A DNA stretch of 32,000 bases from contig OZ246396.1 of NCBI GenBank assembly GCA_965230905.1, forward strand, positions 870,001-902,000. The letters are read 5' to 3'. Under the pieces are notes generated by a model. It searched no databases, was not told the origin of the DNA, and worked only from the letters and a program-made list of their open reading frames with translations. A program made the translations under genes and the position numbers. This document shows positions 8,037-15,800 of the stretch, piece by piece. Each line of letters starts with the position of its first letter. The stretch's first letter is position 1. This stretch comes from Candidatus Saccharimonadota bacterium (lineage in GTDB: Bacteria; Patescibacteriota; Gracilibacteria; UBA1369; 2-02-FULL-48-14).

Positions 8037-10177
8037 GCTTCGAGTTTAGATCGTTTGAGTAAAACAGCGTTAATAGCCACAATGACTGTGCTGAGGGACA
8101 TAAAGATCGCTGCCAAAGCGGGTTGCATTAGAATTCCGTAAGAAGCTAAAACCCCGGCCCCAAGTGGAAGGGCAACTGCATTGTATCCGGTAGCCCAGAA
8201 AAGATTTTGAATCATCTTTTTATAAGTCAGCCGTGAGAGTCGAATGATTTTCATAATATCTCTTGGGTCATTTCGTACCAAGATAATTCCTGCGGATTCG
8301 ATGGCCACATTGGTTCCTGCTCCTATAGCGATTCCCAAATCTGCTTGCGTGAGGGCGGGAGCATCGTTGATGCCGTCTCCGACCATAGCAACCTTTGATC
8401 CTCTTTCTTGCAAGAGTTTTACTTTCGCCGCTTTTTGATCCGGAAGCACATTGCCAAAGTATTCATCGATTCCAAGTTCCGTTGCGACCCACTTTGCTAC
8501 TTCATCGTTGTCACCGGTGATCATGGCCACTTTAAGTCCGTTTTCTTTCAACTCTTTAATGGCCTGACGTGATTCTTCGCGAATAAGGTCTCCGAGGGCA
8601 AGAGCACCCAAGGCTTTCTTTTCCCTGAGCACGAAAATGATTGTTTTACCCTTTTTATTTTCAGCTTCAATTTCTTTTTGGATCTCAGTTGGAAGTCTTA
8701 TCCCTTTTTCTTCAAGGAGACTCATACTACCGATGGCGACTTCTTTGCCTTCTAAAAAGGCCTTAACTCCTTTACCGGGGATTCTTCCGAAATCTTTTAC
8801 CTCTTTTATAGGAAGATTCTTTTGTTTGGCACTCTCCACTATTGCTCGCGCAATGAAATGCTCGGAATGAGCGTCTACTGAAGCTGCCAGACTTAAGACT
8901 TCACTTTCGTCTTTGGCTTCCAGCGACCAGATTTTATCTACGCCGTATTCTCCTTTTGTGAGAGTTCCTGTCTTATCAAAAAGAACCGTATTCACCTCAC
9001 GAGCTACTTCTAAAGCAAGTCTTTGTTTAATCAAAAGACCATTTCGCGCTGCCATTGTTGTAGAGATAGAGGCAACTAAAGGAACTGCCAAACCGAGGGC
9101 ATGAGGACAGGCAATAACGAGAACAGCAACTAAACGTTCGGTTGCGAAAACAAGTCCTGCCCCAGCAAGTAGCCATGCAACAAAAGTAATCCCACCAACG
9201 CTAATGGCGATGAGGGTTAAATAGAATGCTGCTCGATCTGAGAGCATTTGGAGCCGTGATTTGGATGCCTGAGCTTCGGCAATGAGTCGCTTCACTCCCG
9301 CAAGAAAAGTGTTTTCGCCGATTTTAGAAACTTTTATTTTCAGCATTCCATCTTCATTAATGGTTCCAGCAATCACTTCTTTCCCAACGGTTTTACTAAT
9401 TGGTTTTGATTCTCCTGTAACCATGGATTCATTCACGTCTGATTTCCCCTCCACCACCAGACCATCTGCAGCGATTTTCCCGCCAGGACGAACGACAATA
9501 ATGTCTCCCACTTTCAGTTCTTCCAATGGAACCATATGGGTTTCATCCCCATGAACTACCTCCGCTGTATCTGGAAGTAGTTTTGACAACTCTTTCAAAG
9601 CTCCTTGTGCCCCCTGAACCGCTCTCATTTCGATCCAATGACCGAGAAGCATAATCGTAATCAGCGTGGTGAGTTCCCAAAAAAGGGTATGTCCCAGGCC
9701 TGCAAAAGTAGCGTAGGCGCTAAAAAGATAAGCTGCCGTGATCGCAATGGAGATGAGCGTCATCATGCCGGGCATTCTTGCTCTGACTTCTCTGAAGGCT
9801 CCGACTAGAAAAACCCAGCCTCCATAAAAGAACACGATGGAACCTAAAATGAGCCCGATATACTCAGAACCAGTAAAAGTAGGGGCTGCCCATCCCAAAA
9901 GGCGTTCGGGAAGCTCCGAGTAAAGAACCACCGGCACTGTTAACAGAAGACTTACGTAGAATTTTCGAGCGAAGATATTTACGTTGTGCCCTTCGTGCTT
10001 ATTAAGTCCATTTTCCATTTCGTGATGTTCATGCTTTTTTACCTCGTGATCGTGCACTGGATTTTCTTTCCTCTTTGCAGGCAATAAATTCATCCCACAC
10101 AGAGGGCACATTCCAGGCTTATCTTGCTGGATTTCAGGATGCATTGGACACGTGTAGATGATATTGTCTTGTGACAT
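8033..10177 (-). CDS. copB: heavy-metal translocating P1B-type ATPase, CPH motif with His-rich N-terminus (CopB-like)
   Basis: Motifs: DKTGTLT, TGES, GDGINDAPAL, and transmembrane CPH (VIACPHALGLAVP). N-terminal YTCPMHPEIQQDKPGMCPLCGMNL is a heavy-metal-binding zinc-ribbon-like domain. His-rich stretch: HDHEVKKHEHHEMENGLNKHEGH. Confidence 0.9.
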   Translation of the reverse strand: MSQDNIIYTCPMHPEIQQDKPGMCPLCGMNLLPAKRKENPVHDHEVKKHEHHEMENGLNKHEGHNVNIFARKFYVSLLLTVPVVLYSELPERLLGWAAPTFTGSEYIGLILGSIVFFYGGWVFLVGAFREVRARMPGMMTLISIAITAAYLFSAYATFAGLGHTLFWELTTLITIMLLGHWIEMRAVQGAQGALKELSKLLPDTAEVVHGDETHMVPLEELKVGDIIVVRPGGKIAADGLVVEGKSDVNESMVTGESKPISKTVGKEVIAGTINEDGMLKIKVSKIGENTFLAGVKRLIAEAQASKSRLQMLSDRAAFYLTLIAISVGGITFVAWLLAGAGLVFATERLVAVLVIACPHALGLAVPLVASISTTMAARNGLLIKQRLALEVAREVNTVLFDKTGTLTKGEYGVDKIWSLEAKDESEVLSLAASVDAHSEHFIARAIVESAKQKNLPIKEVKDFGRIPGKGVKAFLEGKEVAIGSMSLLEEKGIRLPTEIQKEIEAENKKGKTIIFVLREKKALGALALGDLIREESRQAIKELKENGLKVAMITGDNDEVAKWVATELGIDEYFGNVLPDQKAAKVKLLQERGSKVAMVGDGINDAPALTQADLGIAIGAGTNVAIESAGIILVRNDPRDIMKIIRLSRLTYKKMIQNLFWATGYNAVALPLGAGVLASYGILMQPALAAIFMSLSTVIVAINAVLLKRSKLEA

Positions 10178-10186
10178 AAATGAGAG

Positions 10187-10459
10187 TTATTTTTTTCTTT
10201 GTGCAAGTTTGTAAACTTTTAGTATCTCCGCTACAGCCTTGTCTTCTTTTCCATTTTTCATTTGCTCGATAACATGAGTGGAGAGGTGGTTTTCTAAGAC
10301 CAAATCTTCAATGCCAGAGAGTGCTTCTTTAACCGCGCTGGATTGAGTGATTATATTTACGCAGTAGCTCTCATCCTCAACCATTTTTTGAAGACCACGA
10401 ATTTGACCCTCAATGATTTTTAGTCTTCGTATGGCTTTGGATTTTATGTCTTTTCTCAT
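10187..10459 (-). CDS. CsoR/RcnR-family (DUF156) metal-sensing transcriptional repressor
   Basis: 90 aa. RLKIIEGQIRGLQKMVEDESYCVNIITQSSAVKEAL...ENHLSTHV is typical of DUF156. The ligand positions read x-C-H-H (Cys33, His, His at i+4), not the classical Cu-type x-C-H-C. Confidence 0.85.
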   Translation of the reverse strand: MRKDIKSKAIRRLKIIEGQIRGLQKMVEDESYCVNIITQSSAVKEALSGIEDLVLENHLSTHVIEQMKNGKEDKAVAEILKVYKLAQRKK

Positions 10460-10964
10460 ATATACTGGAGAATACCCCTTGGGGGTATTTTATGCAACTC
10501 TTGCAATCACCGAGTTGCTTATTCAATAGAACTAATGCTGTGAGCATAAAAATCAGGCTAAGTATTTTGAAAAATAAGTTGTACGTCGTGAAAAATCCAA
10601 GCCCTACACTGAAACCAAAAATGGATATGAGGGGAATCGTACAAAGCGTACAAAATATTGTGAAAAAACCGGTTAAAAAACCGAAGCCCAGTATTGAACC
10701 TGTCTTTGTACTTTTTACTATGGACTTTCTAAGCAAGTAAAGTCTCACTAAACCTGCCAAAATCAGCGCCGTTAAAACGCTGAGTAGCCCAGAGAAAACG
10801 ACGTTCTTAATCGTGAGTGAACCTCCTACAACACAGGCTGGGACTTTTCCGACTGCCGGTAGGATTTTCATCACTTGGTAATAGCCATAAAAAATGGTCA
10901 TTGCCAGTGCCAGGGTATAAAGCCATTGGAGGGGTTCTTTATGAATTTTTTGTAGTCCTTTCAT
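10410..10964 (-). CDS. polytopic membrane protein with intramembrane CxxC (FCTLCT), paralog of 11828..12250
   Basis: 184 aa. Its last ~17 codons run over the csoR-type promoter/operator and the start of the next gene, so the functional C-terminus is uncertain. Confidence 0.55.
   Translation of the reverse strand: MKGLQKIHKEPLQWLYTLALAMTIFYGYYQVMKILPAVGKVPACVVGGSLTIKNVVFSGLLSVLTALILAGLVRLYLLRKSIVKSTKTGSILGFGFLTGFFTIFCTLCTIPLISIFGFSVGLGFFTTYNLFFKILSLIFMLTALVLLNKQLGDCKSCIKYPQGVFSSIYEKRHKIQSHTKTKNH
10469..10497 (-). promoter_or_regulatory. sigma70-like promoter TTGCAT-N17-TATTCT with embedded CsoR/RcnR-type operator AATACCCC-TTG-GGGGTATT (10471..10489)
   Basis: An 8-bp perfect inverted-repeat arm pair flanks a G/C tract 12 nt upstream of the repressor ATG. 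The -10 hexamer ends only 9 nt before the ATG. Confidence 0.65.
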
Positions 10965-11435
10965 TTATTCAAATTTTACAAGAATATTTTGCTTATCTTT
11001 AATGATGATCTGACTCGGGTCGGTGAATGTCTGGCCGTCGACTACAAAACTAATTTTTCCGGGCTCACCTGTGTTTTCACAGATATCCCCATTTTTGTAG
11101 TCTTCCAGGTTTTCACTCGTGATACTAAGCCCTGCGTTTTTGAAAAAGTTCGCCAAAGTAATATCGGATTCGCTGAGCACAAGGCCTTCTACGTGAACCA
11201 GGTTGTCGTCGTGACCATGAATGACGTCGTGATTGCCTGAGTCGCTTAGGTTTAGCGACTTTCCACAGGCTTCGTAAGAAATTGGGGCGTGCCAGTGGAC
11301 TTCGGTGTCGGTTACCGGGTTAGAAACATCTTTCAGACTATTCACGAAGCCAAAAATCATGAGTGCAATGATAAGCCCAATAGTTCCATACACTAAGATG
11401 TCCTGCACCCAGCGATTTTTTAAAAATGTTGACAT
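10965..11435 (-). CDS. single-pass membrane protein with His-rich extracytoplasmic domain, unknown function
   Basis: 156 aa with an N-terminal TM, then HWHAPISYEACGK and HDVIHGHDDNLVHVEG. Its stop directly abuts the next gene's start. Confidence 0.55.
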   Translation of the reverse strand: MSTFLKNRWVQDILVYGTIGLIIALMIFGFVNSLKDVSNPVTDTEVHWHAPISYEACGKSLNLSDSGNHDVIHGHDDNLVHVEGLVLSESDITLANFFKNAGLSITSENLEDYKNGDICENTGEPGKISFVVDGQTFTDPSQIIIKDKQNILVKFE

Positions 11436-11445
11436 GAAGTTTAGG

Positions 11446-11835
11446 TTAGATTTTAGAGATTACTCTGGTGAGGGTTGCTTCAATAGTTTCTGCTAGAGAT
11501 TTCAGGTTCGGATTATCAACCCTACTCATGGCTACTGAAGGACGAATGGCGCCAACGCGAACCGCACCCGTTTCATCCTCGTAAACAATCACGTTACATG
11601 GCAAGAAAAGGCCGATCTCCTCTTCCAGTTCCAATGCTTTAAAAGCAGAGGGTGGATGGCATGCTCCCAAAATCAAGTAAGGGCGCATCTCTTTATCCAG
11701 TTTTTCTTTCATTTTAGCTCGGACATCAATTTCTGTGAGTACGCCAAAACCGTCCTCTTTTAAGGCCAATTTCACTAGTTCAATGGTTTCGTCAAAGGAC
11801 TTCATGCTGTAGGTCGATATTGAATAGCTAGACAT
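11446..11835 (-). CDS. DUF302 domain protein
   Basis: 129 aa. FGVLTEIDVRAKMKEKLDKEMRPYLILGACHPPSAFKAL...FLPCNVIVYED matches the DUF302 pattern. Confidence 0.8.
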   Translation of the reverse strand: MSSYSISTYSMKSFDETIELVKLALKEDGFGVLTEIDVRAKMKEKLDKEMRPYLILGACHPPSAFKALELEEEIGLFLPCNVIVYEDETGAVRVGAIRPSVAMSRVDNPNLKSLAETIEATLTRVISKI

Positions 11836-12250
11836 AAGAAGGATAGGTTAATGATTTTAATGAGAGCTTTTTATAAACCGCAACACTCATAAGGAATACT
11901 CCCAGGAGTCCTAAAAATGGGCGGATGGGTTCCAAGTAAGTGAGTAAGAGACCTGAACCAAAAAGTAGTAAAAGGAGTTTATTGCAGATTGGACAAGCGA
12001 ACCCAAGAAACCCGAGCACTCCACCAACGCCTGCTTTCTTGGTCGCACAAACAGGTGCGTTCAATCCAAAAAATAAACCCATCAATATGGATTCAAGAAT
12101 AAGAAATACATAGTCGAGCCAATACACGGGTGTCATTCGTTGAAAAAATGGATTTTCATATACAGCTGTGACGGCGCCAAAAATCACGAATACTGTAATA
12201 GAGATTCCGATTATTTTCAAAATTTCTCTGTTTGAAAATTTGAGGTTCAT
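11828..12250 (-). CDS. membrane protein with intramembrane CxxC (ACPICN), paralog of 10410..10964
   Basis: 140 aa. The KKAGVGGVLGFLGFACPICNKLLLLLFG segment aligns with TKTGSILGFGFLTGFFTIFCTLCTIPLISIFG in the 184-aa protein. Confidence 0.55.
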   Translation of the reverse strand: MNLKFSNREILKIIGISITVFVIFGAVTAVYENPFFQRMTPVYWLDYVFLILESILMGLFFGLNAPVCATKKAGVGGVLGFLGFACPICNKLLLLLFGSGLLLTYLEPIRPFLGLLGVFLMSVAVYKKLSLKSLTYPSYV

Positions 12251-12969
12251 TTTAGAAGTTCATTAAAGATTTGCTCAAAGGTTTCGTACGGATATGCGCC
12301 GATAACGAGCTGCCCATTGATGACAAAACTTGGAGTGCCGTTCATCCCCGCGGCTCTGCCTGCCGCAGAGTCTTCGGCGATTTCGTCGTAGTATTTTTGT
12401 CCTTCCTGGCACTCTTTAAATTGATCAGCATCTAAGCCAAGTTGCTCTGCATAGGTGTACAAACTCTCTTCCGGGATTTTTACCGTCCCATAGCCCAATT
12501 TATTTTCCCCTTCAAAAATAAGGTCATGGTAGGCGAAGTACACTTCATCCCCTCCTTGATCTCTGGCACATTCCGCTGCATTGGCCGCTGGAGTCGCATC
12601 CGTATGACCTAGAGAAGTCAAAGGCATATCCCTGTAGACGAGTTTCACCAAGCCTTTGTCGATATAATTTTCTTTGATTAAAGGAAGAGTTTCATTAAAA
12701 AAACTTCTACAGAAAGGGCATTGATAATCCGAGAATTCGATCATGGTTATTGGAGCATCCTCTGAACCCATAAAAGGATCGTCGTCCGCATCCGTTGGAT
12801 TCTGCACTTGATTGACCGTTGGTGTGGGACTTGTTGAATCACTTTGGGTAGTGGTGGTTTCCTTGGCATTTCCCATTTGCTGGCCCAAGAGAATGCCGAT
12901 TCCCAATATAATCGGGAGGGTTAGGATCGGAAGTATTTTTGAAAAGGATTTCTTAGTTTCTTTCATCAT
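12247..12969 (-). CDS. DsbA-family thiol:disulfide oxidoreductase (membrane-anchored or secreted)
   Basis: 240 aa with an N-terminal TM/signal sequence, a thioredoxin-fold CPFC active site (FSDYQCPFCRSF) and GTPSFVINGQ near the C-terminus. Confidence 0.85.
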   Translation of the reverse strand: MMKETKKSFSKILPILTLPIILGIGILLGQQMGNAKETTTTQSDSTSPTPTVNQVQNPTDADDDPFMGSEDAPITMIEFSDYQCPFCRSFFNETLPLIKENYIDKGLVKLVYRDMPLTSLGHTDATPAANAAECARDQGGDEVYFAYHDLIFEGENKLGYGTVKIPEESLYTYAEQLGLDADQFKECQEGQKYYDEIAEDSAAGRAAGMNGTPSFVINGQLVIGAYPYETFEQIFNELLK

Positions 12970-13005
12970 AAAAAGCGTTAAGTTTAAAGGATTGAAGTAA
13001 AGACT

Positions 13006-13338
13006 TCACTCCCTTTGAACCACGCCTTTCGAGAAACGAATGAAGGAAGGGACTAGAGGTGGATAGGTGGAAAATTGCTTCCCGGCTAGTTGGAAAACTA
13101 GGATGGTAGTCGCGACAAAGTAGGCAGCTACCCAGAGGAGTAAAGGCTGTGGAGTCAGGTCGTTTGGTAATATCTTTGTGATGGAGGGACTGTGAATGGT
13201 GTCACAGCAAGCTTGTTCGATTGAAGCCGGAGTTTTTGTAGACAGTTGGTGCATTCCTTCCATCGACTTCATACACAAAAATGACCCCAACAGGGTGATG
13301 AGAAATAGGAATAGGATTTTTTGCGTCAATTTTTTCAC
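13006..13338 (-). CDS. small membrane protein with C-terminal KGVVQRE motif (paralog of 7728..8036)
   Basis: 110 aa with the same architecture as the 102-aa protein: N-terminal TM, a Cys pair (ACCD), a second TM and a terminal SKGVVQRE. Confidence 0.55.
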   Translation of the reverse strand: MKKLTQKILFLFLITLLGSFLCMKSMEGMHQLSTKTPASIEQACCDTIHSPSITKILPNDLTPQPLLLWVAAYFVATTILVFQLAGKQFSTYPPLVPSFIRFSKGVVQRE

Positions 13339-13374
13339 CCAATTATTCTAAGCCTTTTCCATTTTAAAGCAATT

Positions 13375-13930
13375 TCAATGGCAACAAAGTTTTCCCTCCT
13401 CAATGCTTTCACGTCCTTCTTTAAAACACAGAAAGACGAAAACAAGCCCTGTGACTGCATCTGTCCACCAAAGACCAAATAGGAAATTGAGTCCTGTTCC
13501 AAACAAGAGAGCAAGGGACATGAGCACGCAGACAAAAGTTTGTTTGGAGTCTGCCACCAGGCTTCGACTCCTCATGGATTTTCCAGTCTTGTATTTGAGG
13601 TGGGCCAAGAAAGGCATGATGATTAAAGAAAGCGCGGCAATAATCATACCGAGGAGACTGGGCTCCGGCCCCTCATGAAGGTAAAGTTTTTTGATGGATT
13701 CAAATAGAATATAGGCTCCCAAGACATAGAAACTGTAAACCCACAAACTTGGACGCCTTTCTTTCGATTTCTTCTTCGTGTTCTTCACTCTTAATTTTTG
13801 CACTGAATCTCCAAATTATCACAGTTCCCGATATTGATTCAATGAAGCTGTCAAAGCCGAAGCCGACCAGGGCTAGACTTTCCGTTAAAGCTCCTGCCGC
13901 AATGGAAACAAGCCCTTCGAGGATATATGA
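13375..13930 (-). pseudogene. CDF-like cation transporter pseudogene (N-terminally truncated, plus a 1-nt frameshift near 13736-13744)
   Basis: My translation directly after the methyltransferase TAG, in the same frame: SYILEGLVSIAAGALTESLALVGFGFDSFIESISGTVIIWRFSAKIKSEEHEEEIERKASKFVG. It has no start codon. The homologous sequence continues in another frame as YSFYVLGAYILFESIKKL...ADSKQTFVCVLMSLALLFG (the listed ORF 13375..13803). Confidence 0.65.
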
Positions 13931-14524
13931 CTAGCGAACCTTCCTCAAGACCATTCCAAACCACCAAGGGTTTGTATACTGTTTTTTTACCTTAAAGCCA
14001 AGGTTTTTGAGTTCTTCGTAAAACTCCTTCCGCTTGTACATTTCTTTATAGGGATGAGCTAAGAAAAGCCTTAGAATTTTACCGATTCTAGTCTCGAAAG
14101 TGTCTATGGAGAGGTCTTCTAGGATGAGTTGTCCGCCTGGCTTCAAAAGTCTATGCAATTCCTTCAATGCATCTTTCCAATTTGGAATGTGGTGGATGAT
14201 CCCAAAATCGACAATGGCATCGAAGGACGCATCGGTGAATCTCAAATGACTAGCATCACCTACCTCAAAGGCAATATGAGGAGCCTTCACACGACGTTTT
14301 GCTCGTCTAATCATTTGAGGGTCAAGGTCGATGGCGTTGATGCTCTTAGGTTTGAAATGTTTTTGAATCAGCTTTGTGCCGACCCCTTGTCCGCATCCTA
14401 TCTCTAAAACAGCCTTATCACTTGGTAGATCAGACATGCTTTTGAGTTTTTTTGCTTCAAATCCTTGAATAAACGCCCTTATAGGGTTATTCATCAGCCA
14501 GAACTCGATCTTGTTCATGAGCAT
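13931..14524 (-). CDS. class I SAM-dependent methyltransferase
   Basis: SAM-binding motif VLEIGCGQGVG, plus acidic loop AIDLDP and LKPGGQLIL. The track ORF extends to 14650, but that N-terminus overlaps the upstream transporter. The first ATG after the upstream stop is 14524 (MLMNKIEF); 14518 is an alternative. Confidence 0.8.
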   Translation of the reverse strand: MLMNKIEFWLMNNPIRAFIQGFEAKKLKSMSDLPSDKAVLEIGCGQGVGTKLIQKHFKPKSINAIDLDPQMIRRAKRRVKAPHIAFEVGDASHLRFTDASFDAIVDFGIIHHIPNWKDALKELHRLLKPGGQLILEDLSIDTFETRIGKILRLFLAHPYKEMYKRKEFYEELKNLGFKVKKQYTNPWWFGMVLRKVR

Positions 14525-14534
14525 AGCTTTTGGG

Positions 14535-15329
14535 TTATTTGGAGAGCTGCATGATCTTGTAAGACCCTCTCGCAACCATAAAGAAGATGAGGGAACCGAT
14601 GATGAGATCGGGGTAGCTCGACTGTGTATAGTAAACCAATACTGCTGCAAGAATGACCCCTATGTTTGCGAGCACATCATTAGAGGTGCAAAGCTCGCTT
14701 GCCTTGATGTGCACGTCCTTACTCTTGGAGCGTTGGAGTACCACAAGGGAGGTGACGTTTGCAGCGAGGGCAAAAATAGAGATCAAAATCATGTACGCAA
14801 AGAGAGGAGTTTCTTCAAAACCAATGAAGCGTCTAATGACTTCTATGAGTCCGAAACTAGCAAGAGCGAGCTGAAGGTAAGCAATCAGCTTCACGATACT
14901 CTTCTTGGCTACAGTGGCTCTTCCAATGGCATAAAGGCTAAGTCCGTATACAACTGCGTCCGCAAACATATCCAGACCATCCGCTACCACGCCCATTGAG
15001 TGAATAATAAATCCTGCTGTGACTTCAACGAAGAAGAAGGCGAGGTTGATGCCTAGTACTAACTTTAGAGTTTTTTCTTCATCCTGATCGATCTCCAATT
15101 GAGCTGGGGAAGAGTTTTTTTGTGACTTCAGGAGTTTGGAGTCGAGCCGTAGGCTTTCTAGGGTTTTCGTTACTTGTTCAATATCGCCCTCGTGGTAAAC
15201 CTGTACAAGCCTAGCTGAAAGATCTACCTCGATCTGCTTAATACCTTCCAGCGGTTGGAGCTTCATTCGTATCATTCTTTCCTCACTGGGGCAGTCCATC
15301 TTTGAAACCTTGAATGTGCTTTTCTGCAT
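14535..15329 (-). CDS. cation-efflux (CDF-like) transporter with N-terminal HMA-like domain carrying a CPSE variant motif
   Basis: FKVSKMDCPSEERMIRMKL is an HMA-like fold with CxxE instead of CxxC. The TM core has CDF-like HSMGVVADGLDMFADAVVY and NDVLANIGVILAAVL...PDLI. I prefer the start at MQKSTF (15329); 15350 is possible. Confidence 0.75.
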   Translation of the reverse strand: MQKSTFKVSKMDCPSEERMIRMKLQPLEGIKQIEVDLSARLVQVYHEGDIEQVTKTLESLRLDSKLLKSQKNSSPAQLEIDQDEEKTLKLVLGINLAFFFVEVTAGFIIHSMGVVADGLDMFADAVVYGLSLYAIGRATVAKKSIVKLIAYLQLALASFGLIEVIRRFIGFEETPLFAYMILISIFALAANVTSLVVLQRSKSKDVHIKASELCTSNDVLANIGVILAAVLVYYTQSSYPDLIIGSLIFFMVARGSYKIMQLSK

Positions 15330-15334
15330 AGAGT

Positions 15335-15649
15335 TTAGTAACGGGTACACTTATAAATTTCGTCCGCGTGTTCCCTTACGATCTTGCGAGCGGACTCAAT
15401 CATGTCGCGAATTTCCTTTGAAGCAAGCTCGTAAGACACTTCACGACCGATCTTTTCTTTTTGAACGAGACCACATTCCAAGAGACAAGCTAAATGAGTA
15501 GAAGTGTTCGGCTGGGAAAGCCCTGTGGCTTCTACGATTTGTGAAACGGTCTTGGCTCCTTCCATGAGTTCGGTGAGGATGGCTAGGCGGGACTGGTCAG
15601 CGAAGCCTTTGAAGAAGCGGGATTCAATTTCAAGTTGTTTCTTATCCAT
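15335..15649 (-). CDS. ArsR/SmtB-family metalloregulatory transcriptional repressor
   Basis: 104 aa. FKGFADQSRLAILTELMEGAKTVSQIVEATGLSQPNTSTHLACLLECGLV is a canonical ArsR wHTH. The LACLLEC Cys pair is present. Confidence 0.9.
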   Translation of the reverse strand: MDKKQLEIESRFFKGFADQSRLAILTELMEGAKTVSQIVEATGLSQPNTSTHLACLLECGLVQKEKIGREVSYELASKEIRDMIESARKIVREHADEIYKCTRY

Positions 15650-15676
15650 AAGGTATCAATACATGTTTATGTGTTT

Positions 15677-15705
15677 ATATTAAGTAATACGAAGTCTTCA
15701 GTCAA
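15677..15705 (-). promoter_or_regulatory. sigma70-like promoter TTGACT-N17-TAATAT for the arsR-type operon, with an overlapping AT-rich dyad TATTA-AG-TAATA (15678..15689)
   Basis: Hexamers and spacer read directly from the sequence. The -10 lies ~28 nt upstream of the ATG at 15649. The dyad is a possible ArsR operator, but it is AT-rich and short. Confidence 0.5.
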
Positions 15706-15725
15706 GTTTGATATCCCTTTTTATA

Positions 15726-15798
15726 CTGTCTCAAATGTCTCATTTAGCCTGAAACGCCATAGTTGTGTCTCACGGCAAGAGACACTACAATGAGACAG
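15726..15798. repeat. iteron-like cluster: five copies of the TGTCTC(A) core, three direct and two inverted, forming nested inverted repeats
   Basis: TGTCTCA at 15727, 15737 and 15766. GAGACAC at 15779-15785, giving a perfect 7-bp hairpin GTGTCTC-N7-GAGACAC. TGAGACAG at 15791-15798 is complementary to CTGTCTCA at 15726-15733. Confidence 0.7.
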
Positions 15799-15800
15799 CC

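Noticed and set aside
13931-14650. Full 239-aa version of the methyltransferase ORF, and the 66-aa ORF at 13335..13535
   Set aside because: The first 42 codons of the long version overlap the end of the upstream transporter and read as low-complexity Ser/Pro sequence. The conserved N-terminus (MNKIEFWLMN, also kept in the remnant at 19611) starts after the upstream stop. The 66-aa ORF is an alternative frame of the CDF-like pseudogene.
14511-14999. 162-aa plus-strand ORF, plus other long antisense ORFs: 16534..16938, 18691..19092, 27110..27595, 5934..6266, 9282..9554, 29608..29922
   Set aside because: All lie entirely inside, and opposite to, genes with strong family motifs. Their translations are Ser/Arg/Leu-rich shadow frames with no recognisable domains.
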